Shown here: positions 1-9,679 of the stretch, one piece after another
Position numbering within the stretch: the stretch's first letter is position 1
Layout of the letters: each line of letters starts with the position of its first letter
Source: a virus
Taxonomy: Duplodnaviria > Caudoviricetes
Direction: 5' to 3' (one strand)
Length of the DNA: 31,542 bases
Virus record (IMG/VR): IMGVR_UViG_3300011442_000021
Span: 1 to 31,542 of that record
The notes under the pieces: model-generated
Seen by the model: only the letters and a program-made list of their open reading frames with translations
Told to the model about the DNA's origin: nothing
The model's database searches: none
Translations under genes and position numbers: made by a program

Positions 1-322
1 CCGAAATAGTCGCAGTCAAGATGTTATTGGTGCCTGCTGATAATGTAAGAATTTCAGCCGCGTCCATAACTTCATAGATTGGAATATCTCTAACTGAATC
101 CGTTACACCGGCCGCGGCAGCAGGAATAGAATATGCTGACCATAATCTAGTTCCAGCTGCATCAGCACCTATTGACAATGTAAACGTCACAGGTGAGCCT
201 GATGGATTAGAAATATGAATCCATCGTAGAATTGTCTTAGTTAATGCTGGAACGGTGTAAACTGTAGTTGGACCTGTAGCAATTAACGCGGGGCCAACTA
301 TTCTTTTTGGTGTTCTTGCCAT
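1..322 (-). CDS. Virion/tail-associated beta-rich protein (3' end outside window)
   Basis: Not in the ORF track. ATG at 322 with AGGAGAG RBS (327-333). Reads MARTPKRIVGPALIATGPTTVYTVPALTKTILRWIHISNPSGSPVTFTLSIG... and is open to the window edge. Confidence 0.8.
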   Translation of the reverse strand, partial: MARTPKRIVGPALIATGPTTVYTVPALTKTILRWIHISNPSGSPVTFTLSIGADAAGTRLWSAYSIPAAAAGVTDSVRDIPIYEVMDAAEILTLSAGTNNILTATIS

Positions 323-332
323 CTGTCTCTCC

Positions 333-980
333 TTATAAGTTTTCTAACGATGCTCTAACGAGTGAAATTGTCCAAGCTGCTGCTGCACCACCATTTACAC
401 TACAACCAATAATACTACCATTAGGGGTTGAATCAAATCCTGCACTAGTTACGATTAAACTTTGCCAACCGGCGGGATTAACTGAACCCAATCCAGTAAC
501 AGCTAAATTATGACGTAAATTAGATATACCCTGAAGAACTGCTAAAGTTCCTGAACCTACAGTTCTAAATAAAGCAATGATATCAAATATTCCATTATCT
601 ACAACAGCAGTTTGTATATTAAATGTAAAAGTCAATCTTGCGGCATCTGCAACTGACCCAGCAGTTCCAAACCTTACAATTAATACTGGCGCAGCTACCC
701 CAGCCGCGGTTTTAGTTACATCAAACGAAAGACGATAACACGTTCCTACACGTGCGAATCCATTAGGAAGTAATATGCTAGAACCCACTAAATAGGTATC
801 TGCTGCAAATCCAGCAGCGGGTGTGGTTACACTTTGATTAGTTAATACACCAACTAAATTACCACCATCATCTTTCAAAAATGGTCGTTTTGCTACGTTA
901 TCTGTAAAAAATGCAGATACACCGGCAGCAGGTGTAGCTATAGATGATGCTGCTATATTTGTTAAGTCTAATTCAGCCAT
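333..980 (-). CDS. Tail fibre/spike-associated structural protein
   Basis: 215 aa, A/G/T/V-rich with beta-strand character. Coupled (TAATG) to the collagen fibre gene. Confidence 0.6.
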   Translation of the reverse strand: MAELDLTNIAASSIATPAAGVSAFFTDNVAKRPFLKDDGGNLVGVLTNQSVTTPAAGFAADTYLVGSSILLPNGFARVGTCYRLSFDVTKTAAGVAAPVLIVRFGTAGSVADAARLTFTFNIQTAVVDNGIFDIIALFRTVGSGTLAVLQGISNLRHNLAVTGLGSVNPAGWQSLIVTSAGFDSTPNGSIIGCSVNGGAAAAWTISLVRASLENL

Positions 981-1876
981 TAATGAATCCTTAACCTACC
1001 AGCTAAACCAACTGTAATTTTTTTACCGGTTGCAATAGTTAAGCTACGTGCAATTGTTGCAGAATATCCTGCTGTAATAGTTTGGTCTACAGTAGGTGCT
1101 AATTGATTCAAAGCAAATGCACCAGCCGCTCCTGATGGTCCAGCAGGTCCAACTGGACCGGGTATAATATAAGGCATTTCTGGTTCTTCTGCATCTAAAC
1201 CAGGAGGCCCCATATAACCCATTGGACCAGCTATTCCTTGTATACCTTGATTACCTTGTGGTCCTATGGGTCCAGCCCATCCTATACCATCTTCGCCATC
1301 TAATCCATCATATCCAGGGGGTCCAGAAAATCCAGTATTCCCATTAATTCCATTAGCCCCTCGTGAACCTACAATACTAATTCCATCTTGCCCATCTTCT
1401 CCATCAAAACCATCTACTCCTGGTATTCCTTGTATTCCTTGTATACCTGTAAGTCCAGTATTTCCAGTAGAACCTTTTGGACCCGGGGGACCAATTATAC
1501 TAAATCCATCTTCCCCATCATTACCATCTTGTCCAGGAGGTCCACTAAAACCATCCCTACCAATGGTTCCATTAGCTCCAGGTGAACCAGCAGGTCCTAC
1601 AGAACCAGGTATTCCATCAATACCATCTATTCCATCGGTTCCATCTATACCAGGAATACCTATTGGTCCCGTAGGTCCAGTAGGTCCAGCCGCGCCTGCA
1701 CCACTACCATATGCTACCCATGCAGCACCAGTAGAACGCTCTAATGCACCTGTATCGGTAGAAAAATATAGAGTTCCTACTAATACATCAGCCGCAGCAG
1801 GTTTAGCAGCAGCCAACCCAGTCCGATGTATAAACTCTACATTCCGAAATTTCTGTGGTGGATTTAAAGGACTCAT
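980..1876 (-). CDS. Collagen-like (Gly-X-Y) tail/capsid fibre protein
   Basis: Long interrupted G-X-Y tract (GPTGPTGPIGIPGIDGTDG...). N-terminal fibre-type module GTLYFSTDTGALERSTGAAW and a short C-terminal beta domain. Confidence 0.85.
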   Translation of the reverse strand: MSPLNPPQKFRNVEFIHRTGLAAAKPAAADVLVGTLYFSTDTGALERSTGAAWVAYGSGAGAAGPTGPTGPIGIPGIDGTDGIDGIDGIPGSVGPAGSPGANGTIGRDGFSGPPGQDGNDGEDGFSIIGPPGPKGSTGNTGLTGIQGIQGIPGVDGFDGEDGQDGISIVGSRGANGINGNTGFSGPPGYDGLDGEDGIGWAGPIGPQGNQGIQGIAGPMGYMGPPGLDAEEPEMPYIIPGPVGPAGPSGAAGAFALNQLAPTVDQTITAGYSATIARSLTIATGKKITVGLAGRLRIH

Positions 1877-1884
1877 ATAATTAA

Positions 1885-2313
1885 TTATGGTGTATATGGT
1901 GCAATATTAGGAACTTCTACCGCGATAGCTTCACCATTTGCATATATCAAATTAGCTTCAGTTTTGCTTCCATCAGTCAATGGAGTCCAATAATGGTCTA
2001 ATCTTATAGTTCGTTCCCCCGGTATGGTATCATCAAATTGAATGCCTAAACTAGCTAATAATTGTCTACTATTAGGAAGAAATATTGTTTCATCATCCTG
2101 AGTTAGAAATGTTACATTTCCAAGTTTATTAATAAAGTCTTGTAAATCTTTTAGATCCTTTTCAAATAGATTTTTTGATTTAGTAAGTCTCTGAAGTAAT
2201 AAATAAACAGTCTGAAATAATGCATTATTCTTAGTTTGTTGGCCTGAATTAACTAGAGATGTAATTAAATCAGCATATTCAGGTTGTGGAGATTCTGGTT
2301 TGAATCCAGCCAT
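1885..2313 (-). CDS. Hypothetical virion protein
   Basis: 142 aa, helical N-terminus then beta segment. Lies between the nozzle-like and fibre genes, with TAATG coupling. Confidence 0.65.
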   Translation of the reverse strand: MAGFKPESPQPEYADLITSLVNSGQQTKNNALFQTVYLLLQRLTKSKNLFEKDLKDLQDFINKLGNVTFLTQDDETIFLPNSRQLLASLGIQFDDTIPGERTIRLDHYWTPLTDGSKTEANLIYANGEAIAVEVPNIAPYTP

Positions 2314-4217
2314 TATTGCACAGATGGAAATTCAGCAAAGACTTCCTTAGCAAATAGAATGAGTCGATTAATTCTAAACCACTCATCTAATGCTGTAGTA
2401 GATAATTCTAAACTAACCTTTTGACTAATGAAGTTAGCCAGTCGCGTTGGTTGTCTATCAGTAGTAGATGACATTACAATTGGAACTAATGTTTGTGATA
2501 CCACATCATCGAGTGAAAGCAGGCGCGGCCGAATATTACCTGAACCATTAACTCTTAGTCTTAATGCAGTATAATGATTAATGTTTTCCCCTTCATTCAA
2601 ATCTGTATATGCTGTTTGAACTAATGGATTTGGAATCTTAAAGCTAGCAAATGTTCCAGACGAATGATGATAAGTATCATGTCTCATATTCAAAACTATT
2701 TTACTTATTCCAGAATATCCACCAGCATTAGCTGTGGAACCCAATAATACAGTAGAAGTATTGATTAATTCAAGCGTAGTAATTGGAACATCAAATGTCC
2801 AAATAGACCATCTAATCTCTTTTGGATTCAATCCATTCTGATAATTACCAACCAGAACATTTCCATTTGGTAATACACAATATATAATTTGTTCAATTGA
2901 ATCATTAATCAATTCAATTTTTCTGAATTGAGTTCTATCTAATCCAAACCAATAATCTCTGATTTTCCATGACGCTTCTGGCCTAGTATAAGAGCCATTA
3001 AAGAGCATAACGCCTGAAAAATCTGCCACAAGCAAGAAATCAACATTAACCCCACCAGAATCAAGAACAGTTCCAATACCATGAACAGGTGCTCCTATTC
3101 CTTGGTCTACATCAAATGGTTGCCATGTAGATGGGAAATCTTGATTATCTGAATAGCCAACTGTTCTAGTTTTTTTGAATAGATACACTATATCTCTAAA
3201 TTCTTGAGCATTAGTTATTGGATTGCCATCCAAAGAATCAATTAATATTCCATCTACCTGGTCTATAGCTTCTGGTTCTCCTGGATGAGAAACATATGCA
3301 ATAGAAATATCCGTAAAGGTGGTTGTCAAAACCAACCTTCCATGATACATAGTGAGGCCAACACCAGCAGGGATGCTTGCGAAATTATCAATGAGATGGG
3401 ATGCATCTTCGAGTAAATCAATATCGAAAAAGTCCACATGTTTAGTAGTAAGTGCAATTGCAACATCTCCACCAGGAACAAAAAAGAATTGATATTGGTC
3501 TTGATTACCATTGTAATTCAGTATGGTTTTAGTTGCTACAATCCATTTCTTAGTTACAGCAATATCAACTGGAACAGGTATATTAGTAATATCAAATCCA
3601 ATAGTTTGACTAATAGAAGTTGCGGTAGCAAATATTTGGGGACCTAACGCTGTTAAATAGCCTGTATCGGTCTCATATACTACCGCAAAAATTTTGAATC
3701 CTACATCACTAAATCCAACTCCACTAGCTGTTGCTATTAATGGAACCCCAGATACAGGAGGATTACCGCCTGCTTTACGTGCTATATCCCCTAGTCCCCC
3801 TTTATATACGTAAAGAAATTCACCAGCTAATCCTACTTCCTGATTATTTGCATTAGTAAAGAATGGTGTAATATAAGCACGACCCGCGAATGATACTACA
3901 TTGAAATCGGTCATTAATGGTATAGTTAATATTAATTGTGTTGAAACTGTATCGCGTAAATGATAAATTTTTCCACCAATCGTTAAGACTAATAATGACT
4001 GTCCAGATTGCATTGTATATGGATGAATACGAAGAATATCACTTAATGCAATCGCGAAATGTTGATATAAATCTACACCATCCCTAGATGCAAATCCACT
4101 CTCTGTGAATTTAATATTGTTTATTTCACAGAAATGGTCCGGAGGGACAGTTTCCTTGTCCCCCCGGTTGTAATAACCGTTAAAATCCTCGATTGTTAAC
4201 GGGTCGTGGTCTCTCAT
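2313..4217 (-). CDS. Tail nozzle/DNA stabilisation protein (P22 gp10 / T7 gp12-like beta-propeller)
   Basis: 634 aa, beta-rich. N-terminus DFNGYYNRGD...INNIKF...SRDG is typical of this class. Located downstream of the adaptor. Confidence 0.65.
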   Translation of the reverse strand: MRDHDPLTIEDFNGYYNRGDKETVPPDHFCEINNIKFTESGFASRDGVDLYQHFAIALSDILRIHPYTMQSGQSLLVLTIGGKIYHLRDTVSTQLILTIPLMTDFNVVSFAGRAYITPFFTNANNQEVGLAGEFLYVYKGGLGDIARKAGGNPPVSGVPLIATASGVGFSDVGFKIFAVVYETDTGYLTALGPQIFATATSISQTIGFDITNIPVPVDIAVTKKWIVATKTILNYNGNQDQYQFFFVPGGDVAIALTTKHVDFFDIDLLEDASHLIDNFASIPAGVGLTMYHGRLVLTTTFTDISIAYVSHPGEPEAIDQVDGILIDSLDGNPITNAQEFRDIVYLFKKTRTVGYSDNQDFPSTWQPFDVDQGIGAPVHGIGTVLDSGGVNVDFLLVADFSGVMLFNGSYTRPEASWKIRDYWFGLDRTQFRKIELINDSIEQIIYCVLPNGNVLVGNYQNGLNPKEIRWSIWTFDVPITTLELINTSTVLLGSTANAGGYSGISKIVLNMRHDTYHHSSGTFASFKIPNPLVQTAYTDLNEGENINHYTALRLRVNGSGNIRPRLLSLDDVVSQTLVPIVMSSTTDRQPTRLANFISQKVSLELSTTALDEWFRINRLILFAKEVFAEFPSVQ

Positions 4218-4840
4218 TAGTTACCAATTTGATATTGAACGTTAACATCAAATTTTCCAGCAGTCACAGCGAATGCTGCAATTGTTAATGTTAATCTTGC
4301 AGCCGCGACTACTTTAACTGCTGTGGGAGCTGATATAGGAATAATTGCTTTTACTCCCGTAGTTGACCAAGGCGCGCCTGCAACTGTAATAGGTGCAAAT
4401 AATGCTGCTACTTGAGCACCAGAACCTAATCCTAATCCAACTGTGGCTGCACCACCTGATGTTAACAATGTAGTAACATCAATGAAACCATTTGTGATGA
4501 TTGCATTGATTGGAAGGATTGGGGAATTTGTGGGGGTAATAGTTGAAATTGCACCACCATCTACAGCAAAATCATAGGTCATTTTGGCGTTAGCAACACC
4601 ACCCAACCCACCATTCACAATAACTGCTGTAGATAGATTTACCCAAATTGGAGCAGCTTTTGTTCCAATATTGGAATAAACTATACCTGTTGCTAAATCA
4701 ACGTATGTTGAACCCGGTCCAAGCATACCAGCACCAGTAGCCGCTGTAGGAAGTCCTGTATCACTGACATTCCATACATCGTTATTGGCTTGTTGTCTTA
4801 ATACTGCCCAAATGTTCTTAATGTAACGAAAAGCTGGCAT
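4217..4840 (-). CDS. Structural protein (spike/cement-like)
   Basis: 207 aa, A/G/T-rich, with motifs GSTYVDLATGIVYSNIGTKAAPIW and YDFAVDGGA. GAGGTG RBS. Confidence 0.6.
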   Translation of the reverse strand: MPAFRYIKNIWAVLRQQANNDVWNVSDTGLPTAATGAGMLGPGSTYVDLATGIVYSNIGTKAAPIWVNLSTAVIVNGGLGGVANAKMTYDFAVDGGAISTITPTNSPILPINAIITNGFIDVTTLLTSGGAATVGLGLGSGAQVAALFAPITVAGAPWSTTGVKAIIPISAPTAVKVVAAARLTLTIAAFAVTAGKFDVNVQYQIGN

Positions 4841-4910
4841 TTACTCACCTCATTCTTTGGTTGAAAGGACCATCCTACATTGCGTAGTGGCATGAGAACT
4901 AACTCTTACA

Positions 4911-5630
4911 TTAAAACCCCCTTGTTTTATATCCAGCCATGAATGGACGCCGACGGGTCATGATAGCTTGTTTACCCTTGATAGATATTCCAGTGATTCT
5001 ATCTAATGATAACGTAGCAAGTCCATTAAGTTCTTCCCCGCGTGAGGCATTTTCGCCAATGAACATACTACAAAGCGCGGCTGTTCGATAATACAGAAAT
5101 CCTTTAGCGTTAATAATTCCGATTGAACTACTTGCAACTACTTCCCTAGGAAATATAGTTTTAATATAATCTATTTTAACTTCTCTATCAGCTAATGCTC
5201 CAATGAATTTAATTCGTTGGTCTTGCCAAATCCAGTAGGTTAACGATTGAGTTGGTAAATCATCTATTGCATGTGGAAGAAATTCACGCTGTGTCATCGG
5301 AATGAATGGGTCTACAGTTCCACCTAATCTTTCATACAATCCCTGTATTTCCACCAAATCTCGTGGATAATTAGGTGGGGTATTTGGGGGATATCCAATC
5401 TCGGGATTAATTGCTTTAATTCCAATAGGCACAGTGATAAACGCGGCCGTTTGATTAGTTACAGGAATATTGTTAAGTTCAAACAATTCCTGTAACTCAT
5501 CTAAAGCCATGTTTAGATATGGAAGTTGAGCTGTATAAGTATAGGAGGTTTTAGCTGCATCATTCATTAATGCAGCTACCCTATCCATTACTATTACAGC
5601 CGTTAAATCTGTTGTTGATGCAGGGGGCAT
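4911..5630 (-). CDS. Head-tail adaptor (P22 gp4 / T7 gp11-like)
   Basis: 239 aa. N-terminal helix pair (VMDRVAALMND...LPYLNMALDEL), beta middle and C-terminal helix. Positioned between capsid and nozzle genes. Confidence 0.65.
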   Translation of the reverse strand: MPPASTTDLTAVIVMDRVAALMNDAAKTSYTYTAQLPYLNMALDELQELFELNNIPVTNQTAAFITVPIGIKAINPEIGYPPNTPPNYPRDLVEIQGLYERLGGTVDPFIPMTQREFLPHAIDDLPTQSLTYWIWQDQRIKFIGALADREVKIDYIKTIFPREVVASSSIGIINAKGFLYYRTAALCSMFIGENASRGEELNGLATLSLDRITGISIKGKQAIMTRRRPFMAGYKTRGF

Positions 5631-5633
5631 AAA

Positions 5634-6332
5634 TTACGCAGCAAATGTAATTCCAAGTTGCTTGGCCTTAACTGGGTCTTTGATAGCTTTACAAGTAGCA
5701 CAAACTGGAAACAATGGATTACCAAGTGAACCACATGCAACACAACGAACGAGTTCCATTGTCTGTGTATCCTTGCACCAATCCTTACCAGATTCCACAT
5801 TTAATTCTTTTGCAGCTAATCTCATGTCATCTGAAATCGTAAGAGGATTACCATTAGTTCTAGCCCATAATGTATCTGCAATACGAACTAGAACTTTATA
5901 CCAGTTTCTCTGCTTATTCATTGCATTAACTAATTCAGCCGTTTTTTCTTTCTTTATCTTGTCAACAGTCCATGCACCCGGCAAGTAGAATAGCCCAGGC
6001 ATAGTATCGCCCATATTACAAGCCAAAATACCGTTGCAGAAATCCCTGACAATAGAATCTGCAATCTGAATAGAAGATACTGGGATTTCGAGTAGTGGTT
6101 GTTCTTCATCCAATTCTCTCCACCAGCTACTTGGACCCACAACAAGAATTGAAGGATTTTCAAAAGTTCCAGCTTCGATTTGAAATGTTCCAGGGGAAAT
6201 AGTTACTTTCTTTTCTTCAATAGGTCTAGGCCAAATGGATACGACTGTTGATTTATCCATTTCATTTACAGGCGCGCGAATAGTTCTACGCTTCAAATCA
6301 CCTAAACCGGGGAATGCTCCTACTGCGGACAT
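5634..6332 (-). CDS. Hypothetical protein with C-terminal Zn-ribbon
   Basis: 232 aa with CVAC-x9-CATC near the C-terminus. AAGGAG RBS. Confidence 0.75.
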   Translation of the reverse strand: MSAVGAFPGLGDLKRRTIRAPVNEMDKSTVVSIWPRPIEEKKVTISPGTFQIEAGTFENPSILVVGPSSWWRELDEEQPLLEIPVSSIQIADSIVRDFCNGILACNMGDTMPGLFYLPGAWTVDKIKKEKTAELVNAMNKQRNWYKVLVRIADTLWARTNGNPLTISDDMRLAAKELNVESGKDWCKDTQTMELVRCVACGSLGNPLFPVCATCKAIKDPVKAKQLGITFAA

Positions 6333-6333
6333 T

Positions 6334-6903
6334 TTATGACTCCTTGATATTTGACGTGGTAAATCCTACTGCTTCACCTGACATAGTTTTGCCCATTAAT
6401 GCAGATTCATCACCAAATAAATCATTTACTAATCCATCAATTCGTTCCTTCTTATTATTTAATGCATTTTCCTGATTTGAATCCGGGTCTTTATACTTAG
6501 CTAATCCAGCTACCATTTTACCAGTTGCAGTATAAACAGTATCAATAACTAATTTAGCTGCCTCAAGTTTAGGTGGTAAATAAACTCCATGCTGAGTTTC
6601 AAATACCCACATAGGTTCATAAGTAACTTTTTGACTTGGTAAATCTTGTGCATTAATTTCAGGAACAATAGTCAGTCTTTCCAAAACATATCGTTCCTTA
6701 ATCCATTGACGATATTTTGGAACTTCTCTTACTTCTGGTGTAAGTAAATGAAATCCCTCATCAGTGGTATCCATTAATCTCTTTTCAAATTGATTTTCAG
6801 ACCATACCACGCGCCACATTGGGTCGCCTGATATGGTATCAATTCCAAATAAAGAAATCAATTGACCGTTAATGGATTCAACTGATTCAGTTAATTCAGG
6901 CAT
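6334..6903 (-). CDS. Hypothetical phage protein
   Basis: 189 aa ORF in the late operon, TAATG-coupled to the upstream gene. Confidence 0.75.
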   Translation of the reverse strand: MPELTESVESINGQLISLFGIDTISGDPMWRVVWSENQFEKRLMDTTDEGFHLLTPEVREVPKYRQWIKERYVLERLTIVPEINAQDLPSQKVTYEPMWVFETQHGVYLPPKLEAAKLVIDTVYTATGKMVAGLAKYKDPDSNQENALNNKKERIDGLVNDLFGDESALMGKTMSGEAVGFTTSNIKES

Positions 6904-7172
6904 TATTTACTCCACGCTACAGTAACACCAGCTTTGACACCTTCATCATGTGACCAATCTACAAGGGATTGAACTTGCCATTCATCATTGACTTTAACGA
7001 CGAACGCGGCAGTTGCTTTTACCTGCATGTGATTATCTAAATCACCATGAATAACAAAAGCTACTTTCTTACCTTCGGGTATATTTACTACACCTAAATT
7101 AAGCGTATTTTGAATTTGATTTGCTAGTGCTTGATTATCAAACATCGTTATTGCTTCTTTCCAATTACTCAA
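6903..7172 (-). CDS. Small protein: helix plus four amphipathic beta-strands (YadA-anchor-like pattern)
   Basis: Start overlaps the upstream stop. Strands KVAFVIHG / VKATAAFVVKV / EWQVQSLVDW / VKAGVTVAW. Confidence 0.65.
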   Translation of the reverse strand: MSNWKEAITMFDNQALANQIQNTLNLGVVNIPEGKKVAFVIHGDLDNHMQVKATAAFVVKVNDEWQVQSLVDWSHDEGVKAGVTVAWSK

Positions 7173-7747
7173 GGTTTTAATATTTTAAGAATTTCAATCG
7201 TATTTGCTTCGATTCTATCTAATTGATTTGTGGGAATTGGAACTGGTGGAACTGGAATTGACACATCAGAAAAATCATATGAATGCGCGGATGAAGGAAA
7301 TTGTAACGTAACAATTTGACTACGTTCTTCAACAACATGATTATCTTGATTTCTTGCATTTCCTGCGGAAACCATGAATCCAATAGTTTCACCTAATGCT
7401 GGTTGATGACCTGCCATTGTTCCCCAACGACCATCATATACCCAATTTCGTGCTATCTGGTCATTCTTATAAACAGCACCACCAGATTTAACTAATTCAC
7501 GCCAATATTGAATGATACCAGAACCCACCCATACACCATTCATCTTCATGAATAACCAGAGGGTAAATTGTAATGGCCCCATCCATCCAGGTGGGGTTAC
7601 ATCAGGCCATGTATTCCTAGCAGAGAAAACTGGATTCACTCCATCATCAGTTAATTCTAATTTAGTAAGCCCAGTAGTAATGGGCCAAACAAGTGCATTT
7701 GGGGAATTTACTACCTGAATTACACTCGGGTCAATCATGTCATTCAT
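7169..7747 (-). CDS. Trp/Gly-rich globular protein with Pro linker, function unknown
   Basis: 192 aa with WPDVTPPGWMGPLQFTL, ARNWVYDGRWG and GHQPALGETIGFMVSAG. C-terminal PVPPVPIP linker and short helix. AAGGAAG RBS. Confidence 0.75.
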   Translation of the reverse strand: MNDMIDPSVIQVVNSPNALVWPITTGLTKLELTDDGVNPVFSARNTWPDVTPPGWMGPLQFTLWLFMKMNGVWVGSGIIQYWRELVKSGGAVYKNDQIARNWVYDGRWGTMAGHQPALGETIGFMVSAGNARNQDNHVVEERSQIVTLQFPSSAHSYDFSDVSIPVPPVPIPTNQLDRIEANTIEILKILKP

Positions 7748-7764
7748 ATAACTTCCTTGGTAGG

Positions 7765-7974
7765 TTATCTAAAATGAGAACCATCTATCATTCGTTGAAG
7801 AACTCTCCATTTATGTAGTTCTTCCCAATATGGGTCATTCATTCCTATATTAGATTCAAGGCGGTCATTCATAGCAGTAATTAATTTCAAATGATACCGT
7901 TCTTTCAAAGCAATTTGATTTTCAGTTGAATTATAATCTGCTAATACTTCAGAATTTAGGGATTCGTAATTCAT
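7765..7974 (-). CDS. Hypothetical protein
   Basis: 69 aa helical ORF filling the gap in the late operon. Confidence 0.6.
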   Translation of the reverse strand: MNYESLNSEVLADYNSTENQIALKERYHLKLITAMNDRLESNIGMNDPYWEELHKWRVLQRMIDGSHFR

Positions 7975-8019
7975 AAAAATTTGTGCGTTTCTTAAGGATG
8001 CGCACCCCCCTACGACTAA

Positions 8020-8382
8020 TTAGACGTTATCTCCAACCGGCACATACTTTGCAGTAAGTGGATTGTAGATATATAGGACACACATTCCTACGATTGAAAC
8101 TTTTGCTGTAAGAATGTTTCCTGTTGCATCATTACCAAGAACTCCTGCAAACTGAATCGCAAGCATATGCGCGCCAGTAATAGGAGGTGTAATGGTTTTG
8201 ATTACGACGTTTCCTGTGAGAATTGTAAGAAACGAAGTTGGAGCAATTGTATTTGCAGCCGGAGTTGTTACTGGTCCGGGCTGCAAACGTGATTGAACTG
8301 TAGAAAGATTCTGCCAATCACCTTCGTTGATGTTATATTTTCCTTCATTCATCCGAAGGAAGTCAAGAAACTTACGAATCAT
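8020..8382 (-). CDS. Putative capsid decoration protein
   Basis: 120 aa, T/I/A-rich, immediately downstream of the major capsid gene. AAGGAG RBS. Confidence 0.6.
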   Translation of the reverse strand: MIRKFLDFLRMNEGKYNINEGDWQNLSTVQSRLQPGPVTTPAANTIAPTSFLTILTGNVVIKTITPPITGAHMLAIQFAGVLGNDATGNILTAKVSIVGMCVLYIYNPLTAKYVPVGDNV

Positions 8383-8408
8383 CTTTTACTCCTTTTCCTT
8401 CAGCTGAA

Positions 8409-9659
8409 TTAATAACCAGTTGGAACTGCTAATGCATCAATGTATGAACAACCAGCGGGGTTGCTTACAAATGTTTGCATTCCAACCACCATGTAGAAGA
8501 TATCTGCCGCAGCCACACCACCAGATGCACCACGAATTTCAAATATCTTTCTTCCATCAGTAGTATAGAATCCGATTGGAAGAATTTCTCCACGGCCCCA
8601 CACATCATCTGTCACGAAGTCAATACGTGTTTTATCCCAGTTAAAGGATTTCTTAACTGGTGCTCCTGCCATCTGCATGTTGTCATTGAAGTAGAGGTTT
8701 AATGCTTCCTCTTTAGCACTCTTATGAATGATGGACACTAACTGTCCAATTTCTTCATAAGACTGTGCCTGACAAGGATGCATCCATGCATTTGGACTGA
8801 AGTTGTTATCTAATCCAAGCCTATTACCAATCTTGTTGATAGCAAGGCGTGGAAGTGGAAGTGTTAATGCAGACGATAATGCGTTAACACGATTTGCACG
8901 AATTTCAGGAGTTGCACTACGCGAGAATCCAAGCCATGTTCCAGTTGATGCATTGGAATGATGATATGGAATACCGAATAATGCAGGAAGCGCGGTTGGA
9001 GCGGTAATACCCATCGTTACAATCTTATCGGTAGCAATAACGCCAGCGATTTGAGGTGTAATCGAAATGGTCTTATTCTCCACGTCCCAGTTCGTAATGA
9101 CACCATTACCCCTATTGGTAGCAAGTGTGATATCAAAAACCTGAACTGTTTGCCCATAACGCATTAACCTTGCACCGAATCCATCGGTTGTAAGTGTAAT
9201 GACGTTTGAACCCGCGGCTGGTGTATCTGTAGTAACTACACCAATAACTCCATCACCAGCTTGCATCATCTGAGCATCCAACTGACGTCGGAGTTCATCT
9301 AATGCAGTAGCAGTCAATCGACGAACTGAATTGACAATGGCTTTACGGTCATCATCAGTAGCCCACTGAGTCAACTTCGTGTATTCAATGTTCTCTGAAA
9401 CGAATACAGATGTTAATACAGCCTTATCGAAAGTAGGACCACCACCACGACCTAAATCACCACCATCAGCATTGAAATACTGAAATGAACCCCCAGGACG
9501 TAATTCCAATGGAACACGCATCTGGCGATTACTGATTTTCTCTACGTCACGCTTCTTAATGTTGGCGTAGAATTTATCATCGCGCTCGAATAACACGCGA
9601 ATCTTTGGGATTACACGCTCTAATTCAAGAGCTGTAACCTGTGCTTCAACTACAGCCAT
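8409..9659 (-). CDS. Major capsid protein (HK97 fold)
   Basis: 416 aa, directly after the scaffold. E-loop-like RQMRVPLELRPGG, spine helix (VRRLTATALDELRRQLDAQMMQAGDG) and C-terminal NPAGCSYIDAL. GAGG RBS. Confidence 0.85.
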   Translation of the reverse strand: MAVVEAQVTALELERVIPKIRVLFERDDKFYANIKKRDVEKISNRQMRVPLELRPGGSFQYFNADGGDLGRGGGPTFDKAVLTSVFVSENIEYTKLTQWATDDDRKAIVNSVRRLTATALDELRRQLDAQMMQAGDGVIGVVTTDTPAAGSNVITLTTDGFGARLMRYGQTVQVFDITLATNRGNGVITNWDVENKTISITPQIAGVIATDKIVTMGITAPTALPALFGIPYHHSNASTGTWLGFSRSATPEIRANRVNALSSALTLPLPRLAINKIGNRLGLDNNFSPNAWMHPCQAQSYEEIGQLVSIIHKSAKEEALNLYFNDNMQMAGAPVKKSFNWDKTRIDFVTDDVWGRGEILPIGFYTTDGRKIFEIRGASGGVAAADIFYMVVGMQTFVSNPAGCSYIDALAVPTGY

Positions 9660-9679
9660 AATTTTTTCCTCATCCTTTA

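Noticed and set aside
1266-1880. 204-aa Pro-rich plus-strand ORF
   Set aside because: Antisense shadow of the collagen gene (GGN codons read as NCC/CCN). It opposes the operon direction.
7982-8010. GTGCG/CGCAC hairpin after the decoration gene as a terminator
   Set aside because: Only 5 clean base pairs, with the T-run offset by AAA. Possible, but too weak to call.
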